The notes: a model not told the origin generated them from the sequence alone. A stretch of 61,285 nucleotides of DNA from an uncultured Desulfopila sp. (GCA_964594945.1 CAZQOD010000001.1:1-61285); one strand, 5' to 3'. Positions 1 to 10,833 are shown, numbered from the stretch's first letter. Translations and numbers: made by a program.

Positions 1-831
1 CGTACAATCGATATTATGCACACCGACACATACAGAAGCGTTATCGATTTTATCATCTTTCTTCTTCAACATATCGGCACCCACATTTATTTCCACGGAC
101 ATAGTGTTTTTTGCCTTATCGAAGTCAAATTTATACTTGATGACGATCTTTTTGAACTCCACATTTTCATCGTCGGCAACAAACGAGCCATTATCGGCGA
201 CAAAAGAGAGATCACCCTCCCATACGTAGGTCGAGATTTTATTCATCCAAGAGTCCGCCGTGACCTTGCCAAAATTAACTACACCCGGTAGTGAAAGACC
301 ATTCCAGGAAGCTTTCATCGTGTAATGTTTCAAGCCCTGGTCCACGGATGTAACCGATATTCCGGATTGTACATCGACGACCTTATCATCCAATTTAATT
401 GCAAAGGCATCCAGGGCGACGGTTGACCGGATATCACAAAAAAGCTTGTATTCGGTTGTAATATGCAGGGGATCTTTGCCACCCAGCCTATTTTTTACAA
501 AATCGGTATACCAACTGTTCTTTTCCAGACTTGTCTTTGAGACAACCCCGAGAAAACCGTGCTTGACCCTGTCAATAAAAACAACCTCATCTATGCCATA
601 GGCCATTTTCATATTCTTGATACTGGCCTTCCATTCGATAGTAGATGAATAAAAACCCCTGTTATAATTAGTGATCTGAAGAGAAATATTAGCGCCGCTT
701 TTGCTATATAATTCGTTGATATTACGGTAAATATCATTAATTGCCTTCTCCGCCACAATACCATTTATTATCGGTGCGCCAAATCCGGCCAGGAGAATAA
801 CCAACACAATACCCAGAAAAATTTTCTTCAT
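1..831 (-). CDS. YdgA/DUF945-like exported protein (3' end outside window)
   Basis: Not in the ORF track because it runs off the edge. Manual translation from ATG 831 (GGAG upstream): MKKIFLGIVLVILLAGFGAPIINGIVAEKAI...ITNYNRGFYSSTIEW...VKHG. The N-terminal anchor and YNRGFYSS motif resemble the YdgA family. Confidence 0.7.
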   Translation of the reverse strand, partial: MKKIFLGIVLVILLAGFGAPIINGIVAEKAINDIYRNINELYSKSGANISLQITNYNRGFYSSTIEWKASIKNMKMAYGIDEVVFIDRVKHGFLGVVSKTSLEKNSWYTDFVKNRLGGKDPLHITTEYKLFCDIRSTVALDAFAIKLDDKVVDVQSGISVTSVDQGLKHYTMKASWNGLSLPGVVNFGKVTADSWMNKISTYVWEGDLSFVADNGSFVADDENVEFKKIVIKYKFDFDKAKNTMSVEINVGADMLKKKDDKIDNASVCVGVHNIDCT

Positions 832-1012
832 AGTAACTCCTTATTTTCTCCCTATGATCGGAGAATTTTTTGTTTAAACGGACTGAAATGTCTTATACCA
901 TCCGAAGACGATCTTCTTATCCGCCTTCGCTATTATGCTCCACAATAATTTCGGGTATTACGCGCTTGATTCTCTGGCTATCTGTTTAAAATTACTATTC
1001 TCGAACAAGATG

Positions 1013-2176
1013 CTAAATAAACCGTTTCATAAGCTCATCAACAGCCTGATCAACATTATCGGGACTGATTTCAAGCCGCCGACAGGTTTCTTCCACATAT
1101 TCTCTTTTACCGCTATCCCGCATGTCGACTATACCGCGAAAAACACCGATTCTCCTGCCGACCTGGTATACCATCTGATCCACGGCTGACAAATCAAGAA
1201 AGGATCTGACAATATTTATCATCTTTTCCTTATCTTGCGGATATTTTCCTTCCAAGTCTTCAAAGAGATTTAGGATATGATCACTTTTAACGATGGAGTT
1301 GATACCATCCAGCAACTGTAAAAACAAAAGCTGCTCCCGGGCGGCCTCAACGTCGGAGAGTTTTTGAAAGGTCCCAGCACTAAATTCTTTAAAAAGCTCT
1401 GTATGATCGGGCAGGGCCAGGGTACGCAATCTAATAAAATCTGGATTAATCTGATTGAGCGCATCCGCACTTTCACGCGCATGTTCTTCCGATAGATCCC
1501 TGCCGCCAAGACCCGGCATCAGATATTCAGAAAGTTCCATCCCCGCCTTTTTCACCTTTATTCCAGCTTTAATATGGGTCTTTTTACCAACTCCCTTTTT
1601 AACACGATCGAGCACCGAGTCGGCGCCGGACTCCATACCGATATGAATACGGGACAACCCCGCATCCGCCATAAGCCGCAGATGATCATCACTGATTCGG
1701 GCAATGGTGTGGGATCTGGCATAGGAAGTAATACGTTCCACCCAGGGGAAACATTCCTGCAGATGTTGCAGCACAACAATAAGATCGGCGGGTTTTATTA
1801 TCAAGCTGTTGGCATCCTGCAAAAATATTGCACGCATACCATTAGCGGCCCACTGTAAAGCCCCGTTTAACGCACCGCGATCATAAACATCATCTTCGCT
1901 GCTCATCCTGACAATATCTTCGGGATAAATTTTGCCATCCTTGGTCCCACATTGACGAATCAGAACGATATAACGATGAATTCGGTCGATATCCTCCACT
2001 ATATGCGACACCGGTCGCAACGAAAAATCACGACCCTTGTAAACCGGACAAAATGTGCAGCGGTTCCAGGGACAGTTGCGGGTCAGGCGAAGCAGAAGAC
2101 TCCCCGCCTCACTGGGCGGTCTTATGGGGCCCTGTTCAAAACCCCTGTATTTCCCCGGTAACCCTCTTTTATTCAT
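1013..2176 (-). CDS. Radical SAM protein
   Basis: IRPPSEAGSLLLRLTRNCPWNRCTFC (CX4CX2C) and GMESG motifs; 387 aa. Confidence 0.9.
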   Translation of the reverse strand: MNKRGLPGKYRGFEQGPIRPPSEAGSLLLRLTRNCPWNRCTFCPVYKGRDFSLRPVSHIVEDIDRIHRYIVLIRQCGTKDGKIYPEDIVRMSSEDDVYDRGALNGALQWAANGMRAIFLQDANSLIIKPADLIVVLQHLQECFPWVERITSYARSHTIARISDDHLRLMADAGLSRIHIGMESGADSVLDRVKKGVGKKTHIKAGIKVKKAGMELSEYLMPGLGGRDLSEEHARESADALNQINPDFIRLRTLALPDHTELFKEFSAGTFQKLSDVEAAREQLLFLQLLDGINSIVKSDHILNLFEDLEGKYPQDKEKMINIVRSFLDLSAVDQMVYQVGRRIGVFRGIVDMRDSGKREYVEETCRRLEISPDNVDQAVDELMKRFI

Positions 2177-2189
2177 AGCAAATCCTGCC

Positions 2190-3911
2190 TTAAGCAGATA
2201 CCCTCAACACCTCTTCTATGGTTGTCACACCCTGAAGTACTTTCATTGCACCATCCCGGCGTAGGGTCACCATTCCATTTGCCACGGCCCGCTCCTTTAT
2301 CTGGTTTGCATCGGAGGTCTGAAGAACAAGGGATTTCATATCTCGGGTCATCAGCAACAACTCAAATATGCCACATCTACCGCTGTAACCCGTCTGATGA
2401 CAGTGGGGACAGCCGCGGCCACGACAAATCGAACCATGGGCGACCTCCCTTGCGGTTAAACCCAGCCGCTCAAGCTCCTCCAGCCCCGCATCATATTTCT
2501 CTTTACAGTGGGAGCAGATAACCCGCACCAGCCTCTGCGCCAAAACCGCATTAATGGACGAAGCAATTAAAAACGGTTCGATACCCATATCCCGTAACCT
2601 GGTGACCGCGCTGGCGGAATCGTTGGTATGCAAGGTGGAAAAGACGAGGTGACCGGTCAACGCCGACTGTATGGCGATCTCCGCCGTCTCCGTGTCCCTG
2701 ATCTCGCCAACCAGAATTACATCGGGATCCTGTCGTACAATTGACCTCAGACCCGATGCAAAGGTCAGGTCAATTTTGGGATTAACCTGCACCTGACCAA
2801 TACCGTTTATACGATATTCAACAGGATCTTCGACTGTGATTATATTAATATCGGTATTGTTAATCGCAGAGAGTGCCGCATAGAGCGTCGTGGTCTTTCC
2901 GGAACCGGTGGGGCCGGTTACCAGGACAATACCGTTGGATGCCGTAATTTCCTTCTCAAAGGGGATAAAACGATCCTTCGGCATTCCCAGATCCATCAGT
3001 GAAATCAGGACGGATGATTTCTTCAGTAACCTGAGGACCACCCGTTCCCCAAATTCCGTCGGCAAGGTGGAAACCCTGACATCAATTTCCCTGTCGGCGA
3101 CCCTCAACTCTATTCTTCCATCCTGGGGCAGCCGCTTCTCCGCTATATCAAGCTTGGCCATTACTTTAACCCTGGATATAAGAGCAGACTGCACATGCTG
3201 GGGTGGGCTCAACATATCATACAGGATACCGTCCAGCCTCTGCCTGATCTTTAAACTGTTTTGAAATGGTTCGATATGAATATCCGAGGCATTATCCCTG
3301 ACTGCTTGGGAAAACATCAGATTAACCAGGCGAATAACGGGCGAATCACTGGTATCATCAAGCAGATCACCGATCTCTTCAATCTCTGAAAAGAGCTGCT
3401 CGGGATCATCCTCATCAATATCGGCCATGACCTCATCCGCCGAACTCTGGGTCATATCATAACAGTAGTTAATCGCTTCGATAATTGATTGGGCCGGGAC
3501 CAGAACCGGAGTATAATCCTTTAACTCCAAGATTCGACAAAGATCATCCAGTGGTTGAAAAAGGAACGGATCGTTTATTGCGACAAACTGGATACCGTTC
3601 TGTTCAAAGGGAACCATCCTGTTTGTTTTAAGAAAGCCGATGGGGATTATTTCGGTGAAGTCGGTTCGAATATTAGTGGGTAAACGGGGATATACCTCCA
3701 TCTCAAACTGGACACCGAGACCGTTAAGAACATCCATTTCCTGCAAATCCCCATTTTTAATAAGGATTTCCCCTAGTCTGCCCTTTGTTTCAACTTGTTT
3801 TTCAAGCGCTTTTTCCAGGGCGGACACGGACAAGCCGTACCGTTCCGTCGCTATTTCGCCGATCTTTTTATGTTCGCCGCTAAAACCCTGCGCCGCTTTG
3901 GCTCCTGTCAT
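2190..3911 (-). CDS. gspE: Type II secretion ATPase GspE
   Basis: ASDIHIEP, Walker A GPTGSGKTT, RQDPDVILVGEIRD, TGHLVFSTLHTND, CxxC pairs. Confidence 0.97.
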   Translation of the reverse strand: MTGAKAAQGFSGEHKKIGEIATERYGLSVSALEKALEKQVETKGRLGEILIKNGDLQEMDVLNGLGVQFEMEVYPRLPTNIRTDFTEIIPIGFLKTNRMVPFEQNGIQFVAINDPFLFQPLDDLCRILELKDYTPVLVPAQSIIEAINYCYDMTQSSADEVMADIDEDDPEQLFSEIEEIGDLLDDTSDSPVIRLVNLMFSQAVRDNASDIHIEPFQNSLKIRQRLDGILYDMLSPPQHVQSALISRVKVMAKLDIAEKRLPQDGRIELRVADREIDVRVSTLPTEFGERVVLRLLKKSSVLISLMDLGMPKDRFIPFEKEITASNGIVLVTGPTGSGKTTTLYAALSAINNTDINIITVEDPVEYRINGIGQVQVNPKIDLTFASGLRSIVRQDPDVILVGEIRDTETAEIAIQSALTGHLVFSTLHTNDSASAVTRLRDMGIEPFLIASSINAVLAQRLVRVICSHCKEKYDAGLEELERLGLTAREVAHGSICRGRGCPHCHQTGYSGRCGIFELLLMTRDMKSLVLQTSDANQIKERAVANGMVTLRRDGAMKVLQGVTTIEEVLRVSA

Positions 3912-6178
3912 TTTTTCTTCTTTTGTGAATGATTTTTCTCTATCCGTTCAATATTTTCTCGGGCAATTTCCACAAGGGTCATACCGTTTTTATCGGGATC
4001 ACTCGATTTTGTAGCAATCTCCCGGGAATCCAGATCAACCACGGTTCGATACATATCCAGTGCCTTTTCAAGATCCCCCTCTTTTTCATAAACGACACCC
4101 ATATTCATCAAGGCAAATGCGTTTTTCGGATCAATTTCAAGGGCCTCTAAAAAATAATCCTTCGCCTCTGCAACCTTGTCGGCAATCAACTTATCATATC
4201 CAGTACTTGTTAGAGTCATTGCATGTTTTGGATTTACTTTTTTATGCAACTCTTTCTGCACTGCGGGTAACACCGTCCCCATATTATCTTCCTTTTGCAG
4301 GGTAACCGCGGACAGATCCGCAGGATTTTTAATAATATGGGGTGTTATAAAGATAAACATATTAGTCTTTGTACTGGTCGTGGTATGGGTTTTAAATAGC
4401 CAGCCGATAAGTGGGATATCCCCCAACAGCGGCACCTTCCAGTCACTCTCCGTTGCATCCTGACCGATAATACCGCCAATAACCACGGTATCACTGTTAT
4501 TTATTATAACCGTGGTGGTTGCCGTACGTTTATACGTTGTCGGCCTGAATTTATCTGCAGGATCCTTCCCTTTTAGTTTCACTATCTCCGTTGCTATTTC
4601 CATGCGCAGCGTATCAGCCTGGTTAATATGGGGGGTTATCGTCAGTTTGGTGGAGACATCCTTATATTCGTATTGGGTATAATCCTGATCACCAGACGTT
4701 GTATTCTGGCTGGTGATATATGGTACATTCTGACCGACGCTGATTTCGGCCTTTTTATTGTCCGTTGTCAGAATCTGCGGCGTTGAAATAATATTAATAG
4801 CAGAATCCGTCTTATAAGCCCGAAGTATCGCGGCAATATTGGGAAAGGTTACACCTCCGATTTCAATGCCCTGCTTTAATACACCAAAGGTAATACCGCT
4901 GGGCATTGACGGTTTCTCACCACTGATCCCGGAAATCATATTGTATGGAGGATCGGTATTCCCGCTAAAACCGGTAACCAGCTGGCCGGTGCCGTCGGCG
5001 TAAGTTCCCCCCGCCGCCCACTGCACCCCGACATCAAAAGTTTTATCCGTATCCACCTCCATGATAAGGGCCTCCAGATAAACCATCCGACGCGGGATAT
5101 CAAGTTTACGAATAACCTCTTCCAGGGCCGCATACTCATCACGGCTCGCAGTAATAATCAATGAATTTGTTTCCGCATCGGCAAGAACCCGAACATCCTT
5201 GGAAATGGCGGGTGCCTTTCCTTTAATCTTTTCTTTACTCTGCTTACCGGATAACGAATTAAGTACCTTGGCCAATTCCACCGCCGTCGCATTTTGCAGG
5301 TAAAATACATGGATATTTCCGTCAATCCTTTCCACCTCCGTATCCAGCAAAGCAACAAGACTCTTTACCCTGGCAATTTCACCAGAACCGGCCAGTACCA
5401 CAAGCGCATTAACCCGTTCATAGGGCACAACCTTAATCCGACCCCTTATCCCCGCCTTGGATCCTTTAAGCTGGGGAGAAGTCTTTTGAAAAACGGTGGT
5501 TAAAATTTTAGCAAGGACTCCGGCGGATCCGTTTTTCAACGGAATAACCACGACCTCATCCTCCCTCGACTCAACATCCAACACTCTGATTATTGCCAGC
5601 AATTTCTGAATATTTGAGAGTGTTTCGGTGATAATCAACATTCCGGATGGTGCGTGGGCTATCACAACCGATGTCTTCGATACCAACGGAGTAAGCACCT
5701 TTTTCAACTCAAGCGGTGATGAATATTTAAGGGGGATAATCTGGGTGACAACCCTATCTTCAGGGTTCTGCGAAAGGCCCGTCTGCAACATGCCAACATT
5801 TTGTGACCTGGCCCTGGCCGAAGGGATAATTTTTAACACCGAACCGGCCTGAACAGTGGTAAAGCCGTGTACTTCGAGGACCGATTCAAAAACCCTGTAG
5901 GCCTCATCTTCGGAAATTTTCGTCGGCGAAACAATGGTTACTTTGCCTTGCACAGCCTTGTCAACAACGAAATTTTTCCCTGTCAACTCACTGATATATT
6001 TAATAAACAATCGAATATCAACATTATCAAAATCAATTGTGATAAAACGATTCCCCTCGCTCTTTACCTGACTTCTGGTTGAGGCAAGGGGCTTTGCTAT
6101 TCTCTCTGCCCCATGGGCGTCAATGCCAAAAGCAACAAGAATGACCAAAAAAACTGTAATTACAGACGACCTGCTCAT
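3908..6178 (-). CDS. gspD: Type II secretion secretin GspD with C-terminal TPR extension
   Basis: Signal peptide, N0-N3 domains (IDFDNVDIRLFI, VLADAETNSLII), secretin motifs STPQILTTDN and KVPLLGDIPLIGWLF. Confidence 0.96.
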   Translation of the reverse strand: MSRSSVITVFLVILVAFGIDAHGAERIAKPLASTRSQVKSEGNRFITIDFDNVDIRLFIKYISELTGKNFVVDKAVQGKVTIVSPTKISEDEAYRVFESVLEVHGFTTVQAGSVLKIIPSARARSQNVGMLQTGLSQNPEDRVVTQIIPLKYSSPLELKKVLTPLVSKTSVVIAHAPSGMLIITETLSNIQKLLAIIRVLDVESREDEVVVIPLKNGSAGVLAKILTTVFQKTSPQLKGSKAGIRGRIKVVPYERVNALVVLAGSGEIARVKSLVALLDTEVERIDGNIHVFYLQNATAVELAKVLNSLSGKQSKEKIKGKAPAISKDVRVLADAETNSLIITASRDEYAALEEVIRKLDIPRRMVYLEALIMEVDTDKTFDVGVQWAAGGTYADGTGQLVTGFSGNTDPPYNMISGISGEKPSMPSGITFGVLKQGIEIGGVTFPNIAAILRAYKTDSAINIISTPQILTTDNKKAEISVGQNVPYITSQNTTSGDQDYTQYEYKDVSTKLTITPHINQADTLRMEIATEIVKLKGKDPADKFRPTTYKRTATTTVIINNSDTVVIGGIIGQDATESDWKVPLLGDIPLIGWLFKTHTTTSTKTNMFIFITPHIIKNPADLSAVTLQKEDNMGTVLPAVQKELHKKVNPKHAMTLTSTGYDKLIADKVAEAKDYFLEALEIDPKNAFALMNMGVVYEKEGDLEKALDMYRTVVDLDSREIATKSSDPDKNGMTLVEIARENIERIEKNHSQKKKK

Positions 6179-6191
6179 TTACCGTTCACCT

Positions 6192-6866
6192 TCATTCAAT
6201 GGGTTGATGGGAGTCATTTTTCTTACCGGTAACCCGTCTGGCGGGCTTAACAATGCCTGGTTTCACCCTTCTCGGAACAGCCGAACCTGAAGACATGGTC
6301 ATGGGCGCACCCATCTCCGTAAAGGGTGAATCGGGCATTACAGCCACCGGCCCTGTAGATCCGGAGCCTTCATTGTTATCGGTCATTTCCAGAATTTCCT
6401 TTTTACCACGATAGGATAGAATTACCTTGCCACGCAATATCTCTTCAATCAAGGCACCCTGTACCGAATCCCCTTCCTGGTATAAGTATTGTGTTCTACT
6501 TGATTGATCCGCAATTATCGCACGACGACTCTCTTCTTCTCCGCCTACTGTACCGGTAAGTATAATATTCAGCGTCGTCGCGGCAATATCCTCTATCGGC
6601 TCGTCCAAAATTTCTTCCTCTTCAGCCTTGGCGGCGGGGGATGACCCGAAAATATTGCGTTCCAATATAATCTGATAATCATGTTTTATTTCAATATTAT
6701 CTTGGTTTTTACGCTCTTTAGCGCGTGGAGATACGGTCTTTTGTCGCTGCACAATCGTCGGCTTAGTCAAAAAATATTCCAGCAAACGATAACCGCCTTC
6801 CACTCCCCCCACGGACAATACGGTAATCAATAAAAGCGGCATTATAGCTGAAACACGTCGAACCAT
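6192..6866 (-). CDS. gspC: Type II secretion protein GspC-like (no PDZ domain)
   Basis: N-terminal TM, RNIFG, LTGTV...RAII...YQEGDSV...VIL...EILEM HR-domain pattern; lies directly before gspD. Confidence 0.8.
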   Translation of the reverse strand: MVRRVSAIMPLLLITVLSVGGVEGGYRLLEYFLTKPTIVQRQKTVSPRAKERKNQDNIEIKHDYQIILERNIFGSSPAAKAEEEEILDEPIEDIAATTLNIILTGTVGGEEESRRAIIADQSSRTQYLYQEGDSVQGALIEEILRGKVILSYRGKKEILEMTDNNEGSGSTGPVAVMPDSPFTEMGAPMTMSSGSAVPRRVKPGIVKPARRVTGKKNDSHQPIE

Positions 6867-6873
6867 CGTTATT

Positions 6874-7755
6874 CTACCTGATTAACCTGAGTCTTGGTTT
6901 ACGCAACGTCCCACCCAGCTGAAAAGGAACAGCCGCCTTGCCGGAGCGTTGAGTTAATTGGATAAAAATCTTCCTGATTTTAGGCTTGCCCTGCAAAAAA
7001 GCCTCATTCGAAGTTATCAGGCCACTCAACTTCAAATCACCACCATCGATTAGAAAGCGAGGGAACAGGGCACCGGTAAAATCAACATTAAACTGTTTAC
7101 CCAGCATTTTGCCATCCGTGATATCAAATTTTTCCCTGCCATATTGCCAACGCCACTGTACTGTCTGATAATCTAGAGAATGGAGCGTAAAAAGTGTATT
7201 TAAAAGCTGGAAAGTACCCTTTTCAAAACGCACATGACCATTACCCGTACCGGCCGTCGGCAGATTGAACCCTGCTTTATACTCTCCATCAATAAACAAA
7301 CTTCCAGTGACTTTTCTTTCAACAGGCACCACACCTTCCACAATTTCGGCAATGGCTATTTTCTGACATTGAATGTTTTTTAATATAAAAGATTTATTCC
7401 CATAAGAAAGGCTAAGGTCTGCGCCCAAGGTGCCGCCATACAAATCCCCGCTAACCCGCCACTTGAAAAACAGGCTCTGCAACCGCGGCTCCACCTGTAA
7501 TCTATCCACTAAAAAACCCCTGCTTTTAACGGTAGCCGAGGAACTGAGCTTAACTTTTTCAAAGATGACACTGCTCGGGAAAGAATAGCCGATATGACCG
7601 ATATTACAGTGGACATTGCTCAACGTACGCTCCACCTGCCGCTCACAATAATGTCTGAATTTCTCCCTGGGAAAACGGACATACAACAACACTGCAGTCA
7701 ATACCAAGCCGTAGAGCAGATAAAAAAATAAACGAAATGAAAGGATTTTTTTCAT
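6874..7755 (-). CDS. gspN: Type II secretion protein GspN (deltaproteobacterial type)
   Basis: N-terminal TM followed by FP, C-terminal LGGTLRKPRL, position between gspM and gspC. Confidence 0.8.
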   Translation of the reverse strand: MKKILSFRLFFYLLYGLVLTAVLLYVRFPREKFRHYCERQVERTLSNVHCNIGHIGYSFPSSVIFEKVKLSSSATVKSRGFLVDRLQVEPRLQSLFFKWRVSGDLYGGTLGADLSLSYGNKSFILKNIQCQKIAIAEIVEGVVPVERKVTGSLFIDGEYKAGFNLPTAGTGNGHVRFEKGTFQLLNTLFTLHSLDYQTVQWRWQYGREKFDITDGKMLGKQFNVDFTGALFPRFLIDGGDLKLSGLITSNEAFLQGKPKIRKIFIQLTQRSGKAAVPFQLGGTLRKPRLRLIR

Positions 7756-8339
7756 CAGCCACCCTTCAACTCAAATGTCATAATCTGCATAATTGCATCT
7801 AGATATCCAGAATCTTTACCATTTTCCTGAATGGATATCCGGTTTATAGACACCACATTTTCAACAGACTCGACGAGGCGAATAAAATGCACAAGCGATT
7901 CCAGCGTTACTTTCTGCAGTTTCATTTCCACCATGGTCTGGTTGAGACCTTCTTCGCTCTCCAGGGTGGATGGTTTCATATACTTAATCTGTTTTTTGAC
8001 CTGGGCGGTCGTTGCCTGCTTATCAAGAAAGGTAAACAGAGTGAAATCTTTGGCACGGGCAATAACCTTTTCTTCAACCCCCCCCGCCTCCGCTTTGAGC
8101 AGATTATATTCTTTCTGCAAACTGATAATCTTCGCCAACTCCATTTTCTTTTTGGCAATTGACCTCTGTACCTTCGAACGACTGTCCCAGAAGGGCATCA
8201 AAACCAATTGAAAAACAAGAAAACAGACGACAAAAAGCACCCCGCCCGCCAACACCCTCTGCTCACGTTCATCCAGGTTGTCAATACCGGACTTGCGACG
8301 GATATCCTGGAAAAATGCATGTTTTAACAATGAGGCCAT
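7755..8339 (-). CDS. gspM: Type II secretion protein GspM
   Basis: LDEREQRVL plus TM, coiled coil and ferredoxin-like C-terminus. Confidence 0.85.
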   Translation of the reverse strand: MASLLKHAFFQDIRRKSGIDNLDEREQRVLAGGVLFVVCFLVFQLVLMPFWDSRSKVQRSIAKKKMELAKIISLQKEYNLLKAEAGGVEEKVIARAKDFTLFTFLDKQATTAQVKKQIKYMKPSTLESEEGLNQTMVEMKLQKVTLESLVHFIRLVESVENVVSINRISIQENGKDSGYLDAIMQIMTFELKGG

Positions 8340-8349
8340 TACACTTCTC

Positions 8350-9780
8350 TTAAAAAAGCTCCAACTTCATCTCGAAACGAATCTGATCCCCTTCCGTGGA
8401 CTGGGTGGCGGAACTGATCGTAACAGTCTTAAAATACGTGGATTTTTCTAGTTCTTTTTGTATATTATCCACGGTATTAAACGTCGTGGTAACACCCTTA
8501 ATTCGCACATTTTCCCCATCTATAACCATTTTCTTGACGGTTATTGGGTAAGTGGACGGGATCCTTGCGGAAATTTCCGTCAACAGGGAAATAACCGTAT
8601 TGCCGCCCTCTCCCTTACTCTGCTTAAACGTCTTACGAATTTCCTTTATCTCCGCCTGCAGTTGCTGGACGGGCTTAACAACCTTCTTTACTTTGGGCAT
8701 GGTCTCAGTAAAGACCCTGGCGATCTGCTTCTTCAAGGACTTCTGTTCACCTTTCAGAGCATAATAGTCATAACCAAAATAGATGAAAAGCGCCACGGCA
8801 ACACATATTAACGGCAACACCACCTTCAGCGACAATGTACGGAGTTCGGAAATCGATCTTTTCCTCTTAAACTCCTCTTTACGGAAACTAAAATTACCGT
8901 TTTTAACCTGGGTCTTGAAAGAAAGGGCCAAAACCGGATCCATCCTCAGGGGATGGTACCAGCCACCCTTTTTCAGAGCGACTTTCAACAGAGGTTGTTG
9001 AGTCAACTGAAAACTTGAGACCTCCACACCGAAATGAAGAGCAATCTGCTCCGAGACCGGTTCATGATCAACGTCATTACCAGTGAGAAAGAAAGCAAAT
9101 TCATTTTTTTCCAGATCGACGATACGTGAAGCCAACAGACTCTTTCTCAGCAACCTGCCAAATGCCACATAATCCTTACGTTCACCTGCTGAAACAACGG
9201 GAAAACGTAAAGAACGCAACAGGGCAATGCGCCCTCCGGAAACAATAATGAGCCCCGCCGCAAAACCGCTGATATCGAGGAGCACACAGTCATGGCGACT
9301 AGCTTCTGCAAGACGAAGTGCGGCCCGGACGCTTCTTATCTCAATATCGAGCGGATCAATACCCCTCCTACTCAACATTTTAAGAAAAGAGGCGAGCACG
9401 GTCTTTTCCAGGGTTGCGGTAACTATACTGGAATCATCCACGCCTGTTTTGGCTAAAACAAAATCGGTCAGGCAGCTGCCCGGTTCAGCAATGGAGATAT
9501 TTTCCATCTCCAGGGGTAATATCTGCGCTATTTTTTTTCGATCAGCAAAAGGGAGGGAAAGGTTCCTAAAAGAAAAGAACTCCATATTCAGAGAAAGGGT
9601 ACATTTCCCCTTCATAAACCCGGCCTGTTCACACACCTCGGCAATAGCTTCCTCCAGCTGCCGGTCAACAATTTCCACATGACCGCAACCGACGATAACC
9701 GTAACTTTTCCGTTTCTTTCTATAAGAACTCCGGTCACGGTATCGCCGCTGATATCGAGGCAAAACAGCGATTCAGCCAT
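8350..9780 (-). CDS. gspL: Type II secretion protein GspL (PilM-like plus PilN-like domains)
   Basis: Actin-like cytoplasmic domain (LDIS, RNLSLPF), NFSFRKEEF, one TM, periplasmic PilN-like domain. Confidence 0.88.
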   Translation of the reverse strand: MAESLFCLDISGDTVTGVLIERNGKVTVIVGCGHVEIVDRQLEEAIAEVCEQAGFMKGKCTLSLNMEFFSFRNLSLPFADRKKIAQILPLEMENISIAEPGSCLTDFVLAKTGVDDSSIVTATLEKTVLASFLKMLSRRGIDPLDIEIRSVRAALRLAEASRHDCVLLDISGFAAGLIIVSGGRIALLRSLRFPVVSAGERKDYVAFGRLLRKSLLASRIVDLEKNEFAFFLTGNDVDHEPVSEQIALHFGVEVSSFQLTQQPLLKVALKKGGWYHPLRMDPVLALSFKTQVKNGNFSFRKEEFKRKRSISELRTLSLKVVLPLICVAVALFIYFGYDYYALKGEQKSLKKQIARVFTETMPKVKKVVKPVQQLQAEIKEIRKTFKQSKGEGGNTVISLLTEISARIPSTYPITVKKMVIDGENVRIKGVTTTFNTVDNIQKELEKSTYFKTVTISSATQSTEGDQIRFEMKLELF

Positions 9781-9783
9781 TAT

Positions 9784-10830
9784 CTAATCTACCTTTTTAC
9801 TCAATAACTCTAAAGTATTGTCATTGGTGCGCCGGACAACCACCTGCACTTTGGACAATAACCTGTCCCGCCGCCCAACAGCTTTGATATGAAAGAACAC
9901 ACTCTGCGTCGTAATATAACGCTCGTTCAATTTTATATCTCCCGGCCAAAACCCGGTGTTCAAGTACCACCGAGTTTTGGCCAACTGGTTTAAATTATCT
10001 TTATCCCGCCGGAACAGGTCCAATTTTTCAACAAGTTCCGAACTTATCTGTGAATCCATGCTTTTTATCAACAGCTTATCCGCGGTATTGATATTGATCT
10101 TTCCATCCATACCATAGACAGTAATATAGTCAGCCAGAGCTTTCGTTTTCCTACCGCCGAAAAGCAATTTTGCCGTAATACCCTTTACCAGCAAAAGTTC
10201 TTCAATATTTTCCACAGGCCCGTTACGACATGCATACGGCCTGGCCAACGACTGATAATAACTTGACTCGGCACCGTTATCAGACTCCCTGTCGTCCTTG
10301 TCCAGCCAATCCACCAGGGCATCGACAATGGATCCTGCCTCACCCTGTTCCTCAATGCCGAACTTGCCGGAGAGAAGAAGACGAAAGAGAACCTTGCGCA
10401 ATTTAACAGCTGCATTGTTTGCATTCCCACGATTTACGGCTCCTCCCGCCGCACCATTTTGCACCAAACCGTTAATGGGCAGTCGGCCGGATAGATCGGT
10501 TATCACCAGCTCCAGTTTTCCATAACCAAAAAGCGATGCGCATTCGTCTTTGGCGAGTGTTGCCCAACCATCCAGCAGGGTCGTGTAGTTGGGCGCCTTT
10601 CCCTTGTCAGTAATTATCTCTCGGCCAATGTTTATGCCAGAGTCGGCAATGAATCTCAACTGTGTTATTACTTTATAGTTATTGGCGACAAGATAACTAT
10701 GCCAACTTCTCTTAAAAAACATTACCGTTACGGCAATGAGCATACTTATAATCGTAATGGTAATTAGTAAGGCCATGCCCCGCTGGTTGTTTACCGGAGA
10801 CTCAGCCTTGAAAAATTGTTTCATATCCAC
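9784..10830 (-). CDS. gspK: Minor pseudopilin GspK
   Basis: QRG|MALLITI prepilin site, ALVDWLDKD, GAESSYY, EELLLVKG, KININTA. Confidence 0.93.
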   Translation of the reverse strand: MDMKQFFKAESPVNNQRGMALLITITIISMLIAVTVMFFKRSWHSYLVANNYKVITQLRFIADSGINIGREIITDKGKAPNYTTLLDGWATLAKDECASLFGYGKLELVITDLSGRLPINGLVQNGAAGGAVNRGNANNAAVKLRKVLFRLLLSGKFGIEEQGEAGSIVDALVDWLDKDDRESDNGAESSYYQSLARPYACRNGPVENIEELLLVKGITAKLLFGGRKTKALADYITVYGMDGKININTADKLLIKSMDSQISSELVEKLDLFRRDKDNLNQLAKTRWYLNTGFWPGDIKLNERYITTQSVFFHIKAVGRRDRLLSKVQVVVRRTNDNTLELLSKKVD

Positions 10831-10833
10831 CAG

